A program made the translations under genes and the position numbers. From Clostridiales bacterium (GTDB lineage Bacteria; Bacillota; Clostridia; Christensenellales; HGM11417), in contig JAAYQN010000024.1 in the NCBI GenBank assembly GCA_012519285.1, positions 1 through 19,869 of the forward strand: a stretch of DNA of 19,869 nucleotides. Direction: 5' to 3'. A model generated the notes under the pieces. The model had not been told where the DNA came from and did not search any database. It worked only from the letters and a program-made list of their open reading frames with translations. Below are positions 1-8,176 of the stretch, piece after piece. Within the stretch, counting starts at the first letter, position 1, and every line of letters begins with the position of its first letter.

Positions 1-701
1 CCGAGCAGATAGACAGCATGCTCGACCAGAGGGTCAAGCTCGAGAGCGGCGCATACCTTATCATAAACAGGACGGAGGCGCTCACGGTAATTGACGTCAA
101 TACGGGCAAATACGTGGGCGATGCCAACCTCGAGGAAACGGTGTTTAAGACAAACCTGCTCGCCGCCAAAGAGATAGCCAAGCAGCTGCGCCTCCGCAAC
201 ATCGGGGGCATAATCGTCGTGGACTTTATCGACATGGAGAGCGACGAGCACAGGAGGCAGGTGCTTGACTGCCTCGAGGAAGAGCTGAAGAAAGACAGGG
301 TAAAGACCACCGTGGTGGGCATGAGCGGGCTGGGACTCGTCGAGATAACGAGGAAAAAGACGAGGAACGAAATAGCCGCAAACCTTCTTCAGACCTGCCC
401 CTACTGCAACGGCAACGGCTACGTCTACTCACACGACCACATCGTCAGCAAGATAAGCGTCGCCATAATAGACGCCTTCCAGAAGCCGCAGGTAAGGGGA
501 ATCCTGGTCAGCTGCAACCCCGCCATCGTTGATTACGTTTTCAAAAACAGGGTGTTTGCCGAATACCTCTCTATGAGCTTAAACAGGAACAGGATATATT
601 TCTCGTCGGACTATAACATGCACACTCAGCACTTCAAGGTGAAAGAGTTCCACACCAATGAGTTCGACCTTCCGCAAAATTCAAGGTACCTCGCGTACTA
701 A
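1..701 (+). CDS. rng: Ribonuclease E/G family protein, C-terminal portion (5' end outside window; reading frame enters at nt 3)
   Basis: The ORF runs from the window edge to TAA 699-701. It carries the Zn-link motif CPYCNGNG and the DUF/RNase E-G C-terminal signature (VVDFIDM, GLGLVEITRKK). The N-terminus and S1 domain are absent because they lie upstream of the window. Confidence 0.75.
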   Translation, partial: EQIDSMLDQRVKLESGAYLIINRTEALTVIDVNTGKYVGDANLEETVFKTNLLAAKEIAKQLRLRNIGGIIVVDFIDMESDEHRRQVLDCLEEELKKDRVKTTVVGMSGLGLVEITRKKTRNEIAANLLQTCPYCNGNGYVYSHDHIVSKISVAIIDAFQKPQVRGILVSCNPAIVDYVFKNRVFAEYLSMSLNRNRIYFSSDYNMHTQHFKVKEFHTNEFDLPQNSRYLAY

Positions 702-1114
702 AAGCGCCTTTTGTCCGTCCTTATGTACTTTCTTCCCCTTTTGGTTTCCTCATAAAGCTCCACCTTGTCGGGATACTCGTACATTATGTATTTTGGGTTT
801 TGCTTTACCCTAAAGACCCTCGGCTGTACTTCGGCGAGGATTTTGGCGCTCCTTTGGGGCAGCTTGCCTAACCTCTTCTTTATGGAGCGATAGATGACAT
901 AGAGGAAGCTTCCGCCGCACAGCACGCCCACAAAGGCCAGGCTTATCGGCGAATATTCGATGACATTTAGGCCAAAGAGCAGGGCAAAGATAAGGGCCAC
1001 CGCCACCGGCACTATGAGCCCGGTGGCAAAGAGCAATTTCTTTGCCAGCCTGCCGATGAATTTTACTATGGCGAGAACCATATTGAATATCAGTGTTACT
1101 ATGGCGCCTATCAT
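698..1114 (-). CDS. Hypothetical small membrane protein (3 predicted TM helices plus a basic ~45-aa cytoplasmic tail)
   Basis: 138-aa ORF whose ATG is preceded by GGGGGA 4-5 nt upstream. The N-terminal two-thirds is hydrophobic and the C-terminus is Lys/Arg-rich. Codon usage matches neighbouring genes. I recognise no family. The 3' end overlaps the rng stop by 4 nt in convergent orientation. Confidence 0.5.
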   Translation of the reverse strand: MIGAIVTLIFNMVLAIVKFIGRLAKKLLFATGLIVPVAVALIFALLFGLNVIEYSPISLAFVGVLCGGSFLYVIYRSIKKRLGKLPQRSAKILAEVQPRVFRVKQNPKYIMYEYPDKVELYEETKRGRKYIRTDKRRF

Positions 1115-1305
1115 CTTCCGTTCCCCCTGACAGGGCCTTTTTCCTCAAAAATCCCTTGCGTGCCTTGCCTTCATTATATCATAAAGGCGGGGAAAAACAA
1201 AAATATTTTAAGTAAAGCATAAGGCGGGCATGTTTCAATAATTGAAGAAAAATCTTTTTTCATTGAGATAGCCGCCAGATGTACTGTTTAAGGGACACAA
1301 AAAAA

Positions 1306-1314
1306 TGTTATAAT
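1306..1314 (+). promoter_or_regulatory. Extended -10 element (TGtTATAAT) of the copA-copZ promoter; -35 is poor (TGTTTA at 1285-1290)
   Basis: TGTTATAAT lies about 55 nt upstream of the copA ATG. An extended -10 can compensate for a weak -35. A divergent promoter for the minus-strand membrane-protein gene must sit in the same 252-bp gap. Confidence 0.45.
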
Positions 1315-1366
1315 AATATAAGCATGCGGGATATGAAAAAGGGTCGGACATAAAAAAGGTCGGGAC

Positions 1367-3586
1367 ATGAAGAGGAAGATCTCATTTAAGATAGAGGGAA
1401 TGACCTGCGCGGTTTGCGCGGGGGTGAACGAAAAGGCTTTAAAGGCGCTTTCCGGCGTGGAGGAGGCATCGGTCAACCTCGCCACCAAGAAGGCGCAGCT
1501 CGTCTACGATGACAAGGCGATCAGCCTCGAGAACATCTTTTCCGCCATAAGGGAGGAGGGTTACACCCCCGTGCTCGAGGGCGAGGACGAGGGGTTCAGA
1601 AAGCTTAAGGAGCTCAGGAAAATGAGGGCGCAGCTTCTCATAAGCGCGGTTTTTGCTTCCATGGTGCTGTACCTTTCCATGGGCCCCATGGTGGGGCTGC
1701 CCCAGCTTTTTGAGCCCGCCCAAAACCCGCTGCTCTTTGTGGCGCTCCAGCTTTCTTTTACCCTCATAGTCATGGGCACCGGCATCAGCTATTATACCGC
1801 AGGCTTTAAAAACCTCTTCCGCTTAAGGCCCAATATGGACTCCCTGGTGGCGTTGGGAACTTCGGCGGCCTTTATATACAGCCTGGCTGAGGGCGCAAGG
1901 GCAATCTCCGTAGATGCGCACGCCGTCCACAACCTCTACTTCGAGTCCGTCGCCGTGATAATTGCCCTGGTGAAGCTCGGCAAATACCTCGAGATGCGCT
2001 CGATCGGCAAGGCGGGGGAGGCCGTGAAAAAGCTGCTCGACATGACGCCCAAGCAGGCGTCCGTGCTGCGCCCCGATGGGCTCGAGGAGAAGATCGCCGT
2101 TTCGGAAGTCAAGGCGGGGGATATACTGATAGCGCGGCCGGGCGACAGCATAGCGGTTGACGGCGTGATAGTCAAGGGGACGTCCTACATCGACGAGGCC
2201 ATGCTCACCGGCGAGAGCATAGGCGTCGAGAAAAAAGGCGGCGACAGGGTGTTCGCGGGCACTATCAACAAGAGCGGCATGATAGCCTACCGCGCCGAGA
2301 GGATAGGAAAGGACACCGTACTCTCAAAGATAATCTCGATAGTGGAGGAAGCGCAGGGCAGCAAGGCTCCCATCGCGAGGCTTACCGACAAGGTCTTCGC
2401 GGTGTTCGTGCCCATCGTCTCCGCGATAGCCGTTTTATCTTTTATAGGCTGGCTTGCCGCCGGCTACGAAATAGCCTTTGCGCTCAATGCCATGGTCTCG
2501 GTATTCGTGATAGCCTGCCCCTGCGCGCTGGGGCTGGCCACGCCCGCCGCCATCATCACGGGCACGGGGAAGGGGGCGCAGCTCGGCATACTGTTTAAGA
2601 GCGCGGAGAGTCTGGAAGCGCTGTCCCATGTCAAGACCATAGTTTTCGACAAGACGGGCACGCTCACTGAGGGCAGGCCGCACGTGGTTTCGATAAACCC
2701 CGCAGAGGGCTTTTCGGAGATCGAGGTATTAAGGTATGCCGTTGCCGCGGAAAAGGGCTCAAGCCACCCCATAGCCGAGGCCATCGTAGCCGAGGCTGAG
2801 GGCAGGTTCATCGAGCTTCCCGAGGCGTCGGGGTTTGTCTCGACCGCGGGACGCGGCGTCGAGGCGATCGTTAGAGGTAGGAGGGTAAAGGCGGGCAACC
2901 TCGCCTTCTTTGAGCGGGACGGGGAAGCCTTCGCCGAGGCGCAAAAGGCTGCGGCGGGGGACGATACCGCCGTGATAGTGGCGGTTGACGGCAAGTTCGC
3001 GGGCTGGATAGCCCTGCGGGACGTCGTAAAGCCCGACACTTTGCGGGCGCTTTCAGCCATAAGGGGGATGGGGATAAAGGCCGTCATGCTCACGGGCGAT
3101 AATAAGAGGGTGGCGGAAAAGATAGCCTCCGAATGCGGGATAGACGAAGTCATAGCGGAGGTGCTCCCCGACGGAAAATCCGAGGCTGTGGAGAGTTTAA
3201 AGCAAAAGGGCAAGGTGGCGATGGTGGGCGACGGTATAAACGACGCGCCCGCGCTCGCCGTGGCGGACGTGGGGATAGCCGTAGGAGGGGGAACCGACAT
3301 CGCGATAGAGTCCGCCGACATAGCGCTGATGGGAAGAAGCCTTCTTGGCGTCGCCGACGCGCTGGCGCTTTCCAAAAAGGTGATGAAAAACATTAGGGAA
3401 AACCTGTTCTGGGCCTTTATTTACAACGTAATAGGTATACCCTTGGCGGCGGGGCTGCTGTATCCCTCTTACGGGCTGCTCTTAAACCCTATGGTGGCGG
3501 CTCTCGCCATGAGCCTGTCCTCTGTCTCGGTGGTGATGAATGCCTTAAGACTCAACCTTTTCAGGAGCAGGTTTGGGGGCAAATAA
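1367..3586 (+). CDS. copA: Copper(I)-translocating P1B-type ATPase
   Basis: 739 aa. A single N-terminal HMA domain (GMTCAVCAG) is present. The TM6 motif CPCALGLATP, phosphorylation site DKTGTLT, HP motif (SSHPIAEAI), GDGINDAP hinge, TM7 YNVIGIP and TM8 MSLSSV give a Cu+ (P1B-1) specificity signature. Stop is TAA 3584-3586. Confidence 0.92.
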   Translation: MKRKISFKIEGMTCAVCAGVNEKALKALSGVEEASVNLATKKAQLVYDDKAISLENIFSAIREEGYTPVLEGEDEGFRKLKELRKMRAQLLISAVFASMVLYLSMGPMVGLPQLFEPAQNPLLFVALQLSFTLIVMGTGISYYTAGFKNLFRLRPNMDSLVALGTSAAFIYSLAEGARAISVDAHAVHNLYFESVAVIIALVKLGKYLEMRSIGKAGEAVKKLLDMTPKQASVLRPDGLEEKIAVSEVKAGDILIARPGDSIAVDGVIVKGTSYIDEAMLTGESIGVEKKGGDRVFAGTINKSGMIAYRAERIGKDTVLSKIISIVEEAQGSKAPIARLTDKVFAVFVPIVSAIAVLSFIGWLAAGYEIAFALNAMVSVFVIACPCALGLATPAAIITGTGKGAQLGILFKSAESLEALSHVKTIVFDKTGTLTEGRPHVVSINPAEGFSEIEVLRYAVAAEKGSSHPIAEAIVAEAEGRFIELPEASGFVSTAGRGVEAIVRGRRVKAGNLAFFERDGEAFAEAQKAAAGDDTAVIVAVDGKFAGWIALRDVVKPDTLRALSAIRGMGIKAVMLTGDNKRVAEKIASECGIDEVIAEVLPDGKSEAVESLKQKGKVAMVGDGINDAPALAVADVGIAVGGGTDIAIESADIALMGRSLLGVADALALSKKVMKNIRENLFWAFIYNVIGIPLAAGLLYPSYGLLLNPMVAALAMSLSSVSVVMNALRLNLFRSRFGGK

Positions 3587-3628
3587 TTGATGCCCAAAAG
3601 GCAAATACTATATGCGAGGAGGTTTGCC

Positions 3629-3838
3629 ATGATAACTTTGAAGGTGGATGTCGAGGGGATGAGTTGCTCCCACTGCGAGATGAGGATAAAGAAACAGCTC
3701 ATGAAGGCCGACGGCGTGCACGAAGCGAAGGCCGACCACAGGGAAAACAAGGTTATAGTTACTTTCGACGACTATAAGATCGGCGACGACGACATAAAAC
3801 GCATAATCCGCGAAGCAGGCTATGCGGTAAAGAGCTGA
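3629..3838 (+). CDS. copZ: Copper chaperone, HMA domain (MxCxxC)
   Basis: The metal-binding motif GMSCSHCE sits near the N-terminus. RBS GAGGAGG (3616-3622) lies 6 nt before ATG 3629. The track ORF starting at 3587 has no RBS and overlaps the copA stop, so the shorter 70-aa form is preferred. The gene is 42 nt downstream of copA. Confidence 0.85.
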   Translation: MITLKVDVEGMSCSHCEMRIKKQLMKADGVHEAKADHRENKVIVTFDDYKIGDDDIKRIIREAGYAVKS

Positions 3839-3979
3839 AGAAAATATACAATTGACAATGCGCAATGAGGGAATTACAAAAAAATTTCCTCAACCAAAAT
3901 TGTACATGGTAAACTGTACATTGTACCTTAATAAAAGGAATGGCATAGATAAAGCCTTAATAATACCCCAAAAAGAAAA

Positions 3980-4010
3980 ATCGGGCAGGTTTTTGCCCGA
4001 TTTATTTTTT
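3980..4010. terminator. Bidirectional rho-independent terminator shared by copZ (+) and floT (-)
   Basis: aTCGGGCAggttttTGCCCGAt is an 8-bp stem, followed by TTATTTTTT on the plus strand and preceded by an A-run (a T-run on the minus strand). floT stop is at 4018-4020. Confidence 0.8.
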
Positions 4011-4017
4011 CTAAAAA

Positions 4018-5445
4018 TTATTTATTTTCAGCGCCTTGCGAGGTTTCCGCCGCAGAGGCCTCGCTTTCTTTCCCTTCCTCAAGCTTCCCGAGATATTTTG
4101 GCATCTCAATCCCCGTCATCTTAAGCAGCTCGGACATGGGAGGTATGGACTTGAGCAGCGAGGAGATGAAGCTCGCCGTGCTCGAAGCGCCGTCCTTTGT
4201 GCCGCTGTCCCATACCGTCACCTTGTCAATCTTTATGTTCTTGATGGCTTCCACCTGAATTTTGGTGAGTTCGGTGAGTTTGTCGGAGATTATCATCTTG
4301 ACGGCGTCGTCGGCGTTGCCGCCAGCGGCCGCCATAATCCTCGCAAAGCCTTCCGCCTGCTTTGAGAGTATCTCGTGAATTCCCCTCGCCTCGGCTTCCA
4401 TCTTGGTGAATATGGCGTCCGCCTCGCCCTTGGCGATGCGCCTCGCCATCTCGGCTGTTGCCTCGGCCTCAAGCTCTTTCTTCTGCTTTTCTATCTCGGT
4501 TTTAATGATGACGTCTGCCTCGAGGGACGCGCGCTCTTTTGCCGCCCTCGCGAGCTCAGCTTCCTGTTGGGCGAAGTAGGCTTCCTGAAACGCCTTGGCC
4601 TCGGCGATCTTCTCGGCGGCGACCGCCCGCCTGAGCGCCTCCGCCTCGAGCTCCCTTTTCGTGGCATTGGACTGGGAAATCTTTACCTGAGCCTCGTTTT
4701 CGCCTTGTACCGCGAGGGAGTTGGCATTTGCTACCTTTATCCTCTGGTCCATCATGGCGTTGGCCTCGCCCACCGCGCCGTCCCTGTTCTTTTCGGCGAC
4801 GGACTTCCTCGCGTCGTTGATGGCCTTGGCGGCGGCTTCCTTGCCCAGCGCCTCGATGTAGCCCGACTCGTCGTTTATGTCGGTTACGTTGACGTTGATG
4901 AGCTTTAAGCCTATCTTCTTAAGCTCGGTCTCGACGTTCCTCGACACCGCCTCGAGGAATTTGTCCCTGTCGGCGTTTATCTCCTCGATGTCCATCGTGG
5001 CGATGATGAGGCGCATCTGGCCGAGGATGATGTCCTTGGCAAGCTCCTGAATGGCGGAAAGCGAGAGACCCAAAAGCCTTTCCGCCGCGTTCTGCATGAT
5101 GCCCTCTTCCATGGATATTCCCACAGTGAACTTGGAGGGCACGTCGATTCTGATGTTCTGCCTCGAAAGCGCCTGCGTCAGGTCCACGCTCAGCGATATG
5201 GGCGTAAGGTCCAGAAAGGAATACGCCTGAAAGAAGGGCCAGATGAACTTGACGCCGCCGTGGATGCACTTGGCAGAGCCCTTTACCCCGCCTACCTTTC
5301 CGTAAATGACCATAATCTTGTCGGAAGGGCACTTTTTAAGCCTCGTCGCAATCAGCATAAAGAAGCTGCCGATTATAACCAGGATCACGAAGATCAGGGT
5401 AACCACCAATTCCCCAGGAATGGCCAATGTTAACAGACTTGGCAT
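4018..5445 (-). CDS. floT: Flotillin-like SPFH/band-7 protein (FloT/YuaG type)
   Basis: 475 aa with an N-terminal TM helix, an SPFH domain and a long Ala/Glu-rich coiled-coil (EA repeats). RBS AAAGGAGA lies 8 nt upstream of ATG 5445. It sits downstream of an nfeD-like gene, as in the yuaF-floT operon. Confidence 0.88.
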   Translation of the reverse strand: MPSLLTLAIPGELVVTLIFVILVIIGSFFMLIATRLKKCPSDKIMVIYGKVGGVKGSAKCIHGGVKFIWPFFQAYSFLDLTPISLSVDLTQALSRQNIRIDVPSKFTVGISMEEGIMQNAAERLLGLSLSAIQELAKDIILGQMRLIIATMDIEEINADRDKFLEAVSRNVETELKKIGLKLINVNVTDINDESGYIEALGKEAAAKAINDARKSVAEKNRDGAVGEANAMMDQRIKVANANSLAVQGENEAQVKISQSNATKRELEAEALRRAVAAEKIAEAKAFQEAYFAQQEAELARAAKERASLEADVIIKTEIEKQKKELEAEATAEMARRIAKGEADAIFTKMEAEARGIHEILSKQAEGFARIMAAAGGNADDAVKMIISDKLTELTKIQVEAIKNIKIDKVTVWDSGTKDGASSTASFISSLLKSIPPMSELLKMTGIEMPKYLGKLEEGKESEASAAETSQGAENK

Positions 5446-5515
5446 GATATGTATCTCCTTTTATCTGCTTATTTATCTATGATAAAGGCATTTCTTTTGA
5501 CGATGGCGCAAAAAA

Positions 5516-6151
5516 TCATTCTCCTTTCTGTGGTTTTTTTGCCCTGTAACGCTTTACCACCATGGTATTGTCGTCCTCAACTTCCACCACTTTGACGGGA
5601 AGGCCGGTGTCTATCATCTCCTCTTCGTCTGTTACGGCGTCGACGTCCACGAAGCGCTCCTGCAGCGTGATGTTTATCTTGCCCTTTCCCGCTCTCTTGG
5701 GGGGAATCCTGAGGTAGACGGTGCCGACCAGCCCCACGGCCTTTTTATAGTTGATGTTACCGCTTGCCTGCAGCTTGAGCACGAAATGGAAGCCGAGCGC
5801 TATCGAAATGCCCATGAGCGCGCCCCCCAGCGCGCCTAACAGCAGCGCAAGCCACTGGTTCATGGTGTAGGACAGGGCCAAGGCAAGACAGCTTCCCGCG
5901 CTGAGGAAAGCGAGGACGCTCCTCAGCGTCAACACCCTCAGCCCGCCGAGGCTCAAAAACCCCTCGTCGTTTATTAGGTCGGCATCGATGCCCGCTACAT
6001 CCACGTCGGAATCGACGGCGTCGAAGGAATCATCCCCGCCTAAGCCTATCAGCATGAGGATGAGCTGTATGACGATTATTAAAGTCGAGGGGACAGCGAT
6101 GCAGACCATTATCTGCTTAAAGAGATCCAAAGAATTCCACCACTCGGCCAT
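5516..6151 (-). CDS. nfeD: NfeD-like membrane protein (YuaF-like), flotillin partner
   Basis: 211 aa with N-terminal TM helices and a C-terminal OB-fold-like beta domain (GLVGTVYLRIP...VKVVEVEDDNTMVVK). RBS AAGGAG lies 9 nt upstream of ATG 6151. It is 70 nt upstream of floT on the same strand. It contains an unusual Asp-rich loop (DDSFDAVDSDVDVAGIDADLINDEGF). Confidence 0.7.
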   Translation of the reverse strand: MAEWWNSLDLFKQIMVCIAVPSTLIIVIQLILMLIGLGGDDSFDAVDSDVDVAGIDADLINDEGFLSLGGLRVLTLRSVLAFLSAGSCLALALSYTMNQWLALLLGALGGALMGISIALGFHFVLKLQASGNINYKKAVGLVGTVYLRIPPKRAGKGKINITLQERFVDVDAVTDEEEMIDTGLPVKVVEVEDDNTMVVKRYRAKKPQKGE

Positions 6152-6345
6152 AAAGAAAACTCCTTATATATGTGTATGATGCGCAGACAAGATTTATTTG
6201 AAAAAGCGGAAAACTTTACGCGCTCTATAAAACGCCTTTGCGTTGTTAAAAAGCTTTATTGCCCGTCCAATAATATATTACGCTTGTATTTTATCAGATT
6301 TTGCGGATATATTCAAGCAAATGGGGAGCAAGCTCCCTTACGCGC

Positions 6346-8028
6346 TCAATTTCCTTTTACGTATATGGTCTTGTACTTGGAGTAGGTTACGTAGCCCGGC
6401 CTCGAGCCGGGAGGCTTTTTGACGTATTTTTTCAGGGTGTAGTCCACTGCGGCCCTGTCGCGCCTTTGGCCCAGGGAAGCGGCGAGCTTTGCGGCGGCAA
6501 GGATGGCCTGCTCGTCGCCCATGCCGTCAGCCCTCAGCACAACGTGGGGGCCGTGCTCGCCCTTTATGTGGAACCAAAGGTCCTCGGGCCTTGCCAGCTT
6601 AAAGGTGATGTAGTCGTTCTGGATGTTGTTCTTGCCATAATATATCGTATGCCCGTTGACCTCGATGAAAGCCGCCTTGGGCTCCGCCTTTTTCCTCTTT
6701 TGCGCCTTCTGCTCCTTGGCTATGCCCTGCGATATGAGCTCCTCCTCTATCTCCTCGAACTCCTCAAGCCCCTCAGCCCCCTCGATGTACCCGAGGATGG
6801 ATTTTAAGTAAGAGATCTGCTCAGAAACCCCTTCAAGCTGCGCCTTGGACTGCGCGGCTGCGTTTTTCAGCTTGTTGTATTTTTTAAAATACGCCTGCGC
6901 GTTCTGAGAAGGGGAGAGTATGGGCTCCAGTGGGATGGTTATCTCCTTCATGCCGTCGTAATAGTCTTCCACCTTTACCGATTTTTCCCCGCCCTTTAAA
7001 AGGTAAATGTTGGCGACCAGCAGCTCCCCGCACTTTCTGTAAAACTCAGACCTGCCCGCCTCCGTCAGCTTTTCCATGAGCAGTCCCGCCTTTTTCTCGG
7101 CTTTCTTCAGCGCCGAGCCCGCGGCGGAAGCGAGCTTTCTCTTTTTGTCGAGAACTGTCTTTTTGCTCTCCAGCATGCCGTAAAACTCGTCGGCGCACTC
7201 GTTCATCGAGGCAAAGAAGACCAGTTCCTCGCCCTTAAAGTAGGAGTAGGGCATCGCGAAGAGGTCCTTCGGCGCCCCCTCTCTCATCAGCACGCAGGGG
7301 TTGAGCCTTCCTTCGTCTATCTCCCTTTCAAACTCCCTCGCCGCGGAGAGAATTTTTTCGGCGCCCTCCTTTATGGGCCTTCCCTCAAGGCCCGCCTTGG
7401 CGATAATGTGCCTTGCGGTCTCGAGGGAAAAGCCCCTGAACGTGTCCCTGATAAATGTTTCTCCTTCAGCGCCCGCGTACCTCTCGATTGCCCGCTTCGC
7501 CCTTTCAAAATCCGAAATCTCTATCCTGTCGTTTTGCGGGTAGCGGTACTTCATCCCCACGAGGAAGCTCCTCTCCTCGCCCAGGCTCAGGGGAGTGGGC
7601 TTTGCGATGGCGAGCATCTTCATCCCCGCGTCGCAGAGGATTATGTTGCTGCGCCTGCCCATCACCTCTATAATTAGCGAATACGTTGCCCTGTCAAAGA
7701 GCTCGTCGGCGTTTTCCACCTCGAGAAAGATCACCCTCTCGTAAGGCACCTGCCCCGCGCGAAGGATGATACCCCCCGTAAGGTGCTTTCTCAGCGCCAT
7801 GCAGAAATTGAAAGGCACCTCGGGGTTTTCCTTAGCTCTCCTGGTCACGTGAACGCGCGGAGTTTCGGGATTGCAGGAGAGCAGTACCCTGATCTGCCTT
7901 CTTCCCGAAAACACCGAGAGCGCGACCTCGTTCCTCTCGGGCTGGCAAACCCTGTTTATCCTGCCCCCCTTTAGCAGGCAGTCCAACTCCCTCGCTATCG
8001 CCCTGAGCGTGAAAGAATCCGCCGGCAT
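6346..8028 (-). CDS. rqcH: Ribosome quality-control protein RqcH (NFACT/FbpA family, Rqc2 homologue)
   Basis: An NFACT-N domain at the N-terminus is followed by a central coiled-coil and a C-terminal NFACT-R/DUF814 (HGPHVVL...GYVTYSKYKTIYV). Start was chosen at ATG 8026-8028 (MPADSFTL), which has AAAGAGGTG just upstream. The track start at 8079 is a TTG and the ATG at 8055 lacks an RBS. Confidence 0.85.
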   Translation of the reverse strand: MPADSFTLRAIARELDCLLKGGRINRVCQPERNEVALSVFSGRRQIRVLLSCNPETPRVHVTRRAKENPEVPFNFCMALRKHLTGGIILRAGQVPYERVIFLEVENADELFDRATYSLIIEVMGRRSNIILCDAGMKMLAIAKPTPLSLGEERSFLVGMKYRYPQNDRIEISDFERAKRAIERYAGAEGETFIRDTFRGFSLETARHIIAKAGLEGRPIKEGAEKILSAAREFEREIDEGRLNPCVLMREGAPKDLFAMPYSYFKGEELVFFASMNECADEFYGMLESKKTVLDKKRKLASAAGSALKKAEKKAGLLMEKLTEAGRSEFYRKCGELLVANIYLLKGGEKSVKVEDYYDGMKEITIPLEPILSPSQNAQAYFKKYNKLKNAAAQSKAQLEGVSEQISYLKSILGYIEGAEGLEEFEEIEEELISQGIAKEQKAQKRKKAEPKAAFIEVNGHTIYYGKNNIQNDYITFKLARPEDLWFHIKGEHGPHVVLRADGMGDEQAILAAAKLAASLGQRRDRAAVDYTLKKYVKKPPGSRPGYVTYSKYKTIYVKGN

Positions 8029-8054
8029 AGACACCTCTTTTGCGGTTTTCGACA

Positions 8055-8065
8055 TTATTATAGCA
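8055..8065 (-). promoter_or_regulatory. Putative extended -10 (TGcTATAAT on minus strand) for rqcH
   Basis: The reverse complement of 8057-8065 reads TGCTATAAT, about 30 nt upstream of ATG 8028. It is back to back with the tig promoter. Confidence 0.4.
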
Positions 8066-8084
8066 TAAAATGCGCACAAATAGT

Positions 8085-8113
8085 TTGCAATATGCCGCTT
8101 TATGTGATAAAAT
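8085..8113 (+). promoter_or_regulatory. Sigma-A-type promoter of tig (TTGCAA-N17-TGaTAAAAT)
   Basis: -35 TTGCAA 8085-8090, 17-nt spacer, TG-extended -10 TAAAAT 8108-8113. A second candidate is TTGACT 8124-8129-N17-TATTCT. RBS AAAGGAG 8161-8167. Confidence 0.55.
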
Positions 8114-8176
8114 ATTTCAAGTTTGACTGCATATTAGAGCAATAATATTCTTCTTGGGCAAAAGGAGCTTTTTTGG

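Noticed and set aside
2464-3393. 309-aa minus-strand ORF antisense to copA (Ser/Ala/Pro-rich).
   Set aside because: It is low-complexity and lies wholly inside the well-supported copA coding frame. It has no RBS. It is a typical stop-free antisense frame of GC-rich coding DNA.
3587-3628. Longer copZ start at ATG 3587 (track ORF).
   Set aside because: It has no RBS and overlaps the copA stop. ATG 3629 has a consensus GAGGAGG at 6-nt spacing and gives a canonical roughly 70-aa CopZ.
3893-3927. Exact CopY cop box (TACAnnTGTA) or TnrA/GlnR box (TGTNA-N7-TNACA) in the TGTACA cluster.
   Set aside because: The spacing and half-site phase do not match either consensus. I kept it as an unexplained repeat finding rather than a called operator.
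4036-4908. Plus-strand ORFs (109 aa and 177 aa) inside floT.
   Set aside because: They are Arg/Gly/Leu-rich antisense artefacts of the Ala/Glu-rich flotillin coiled-coil region. They have no start context.
8029-8079. Longer rqcH N-terminus from 8079 (TTG) or 8055 (ATG).
   Set aside because: Neither has an RBS. A TG-extended -10 would overlap 8055. ATG 8028 has AAAGAGGTG and gives the conserved NFACT N-terminus.
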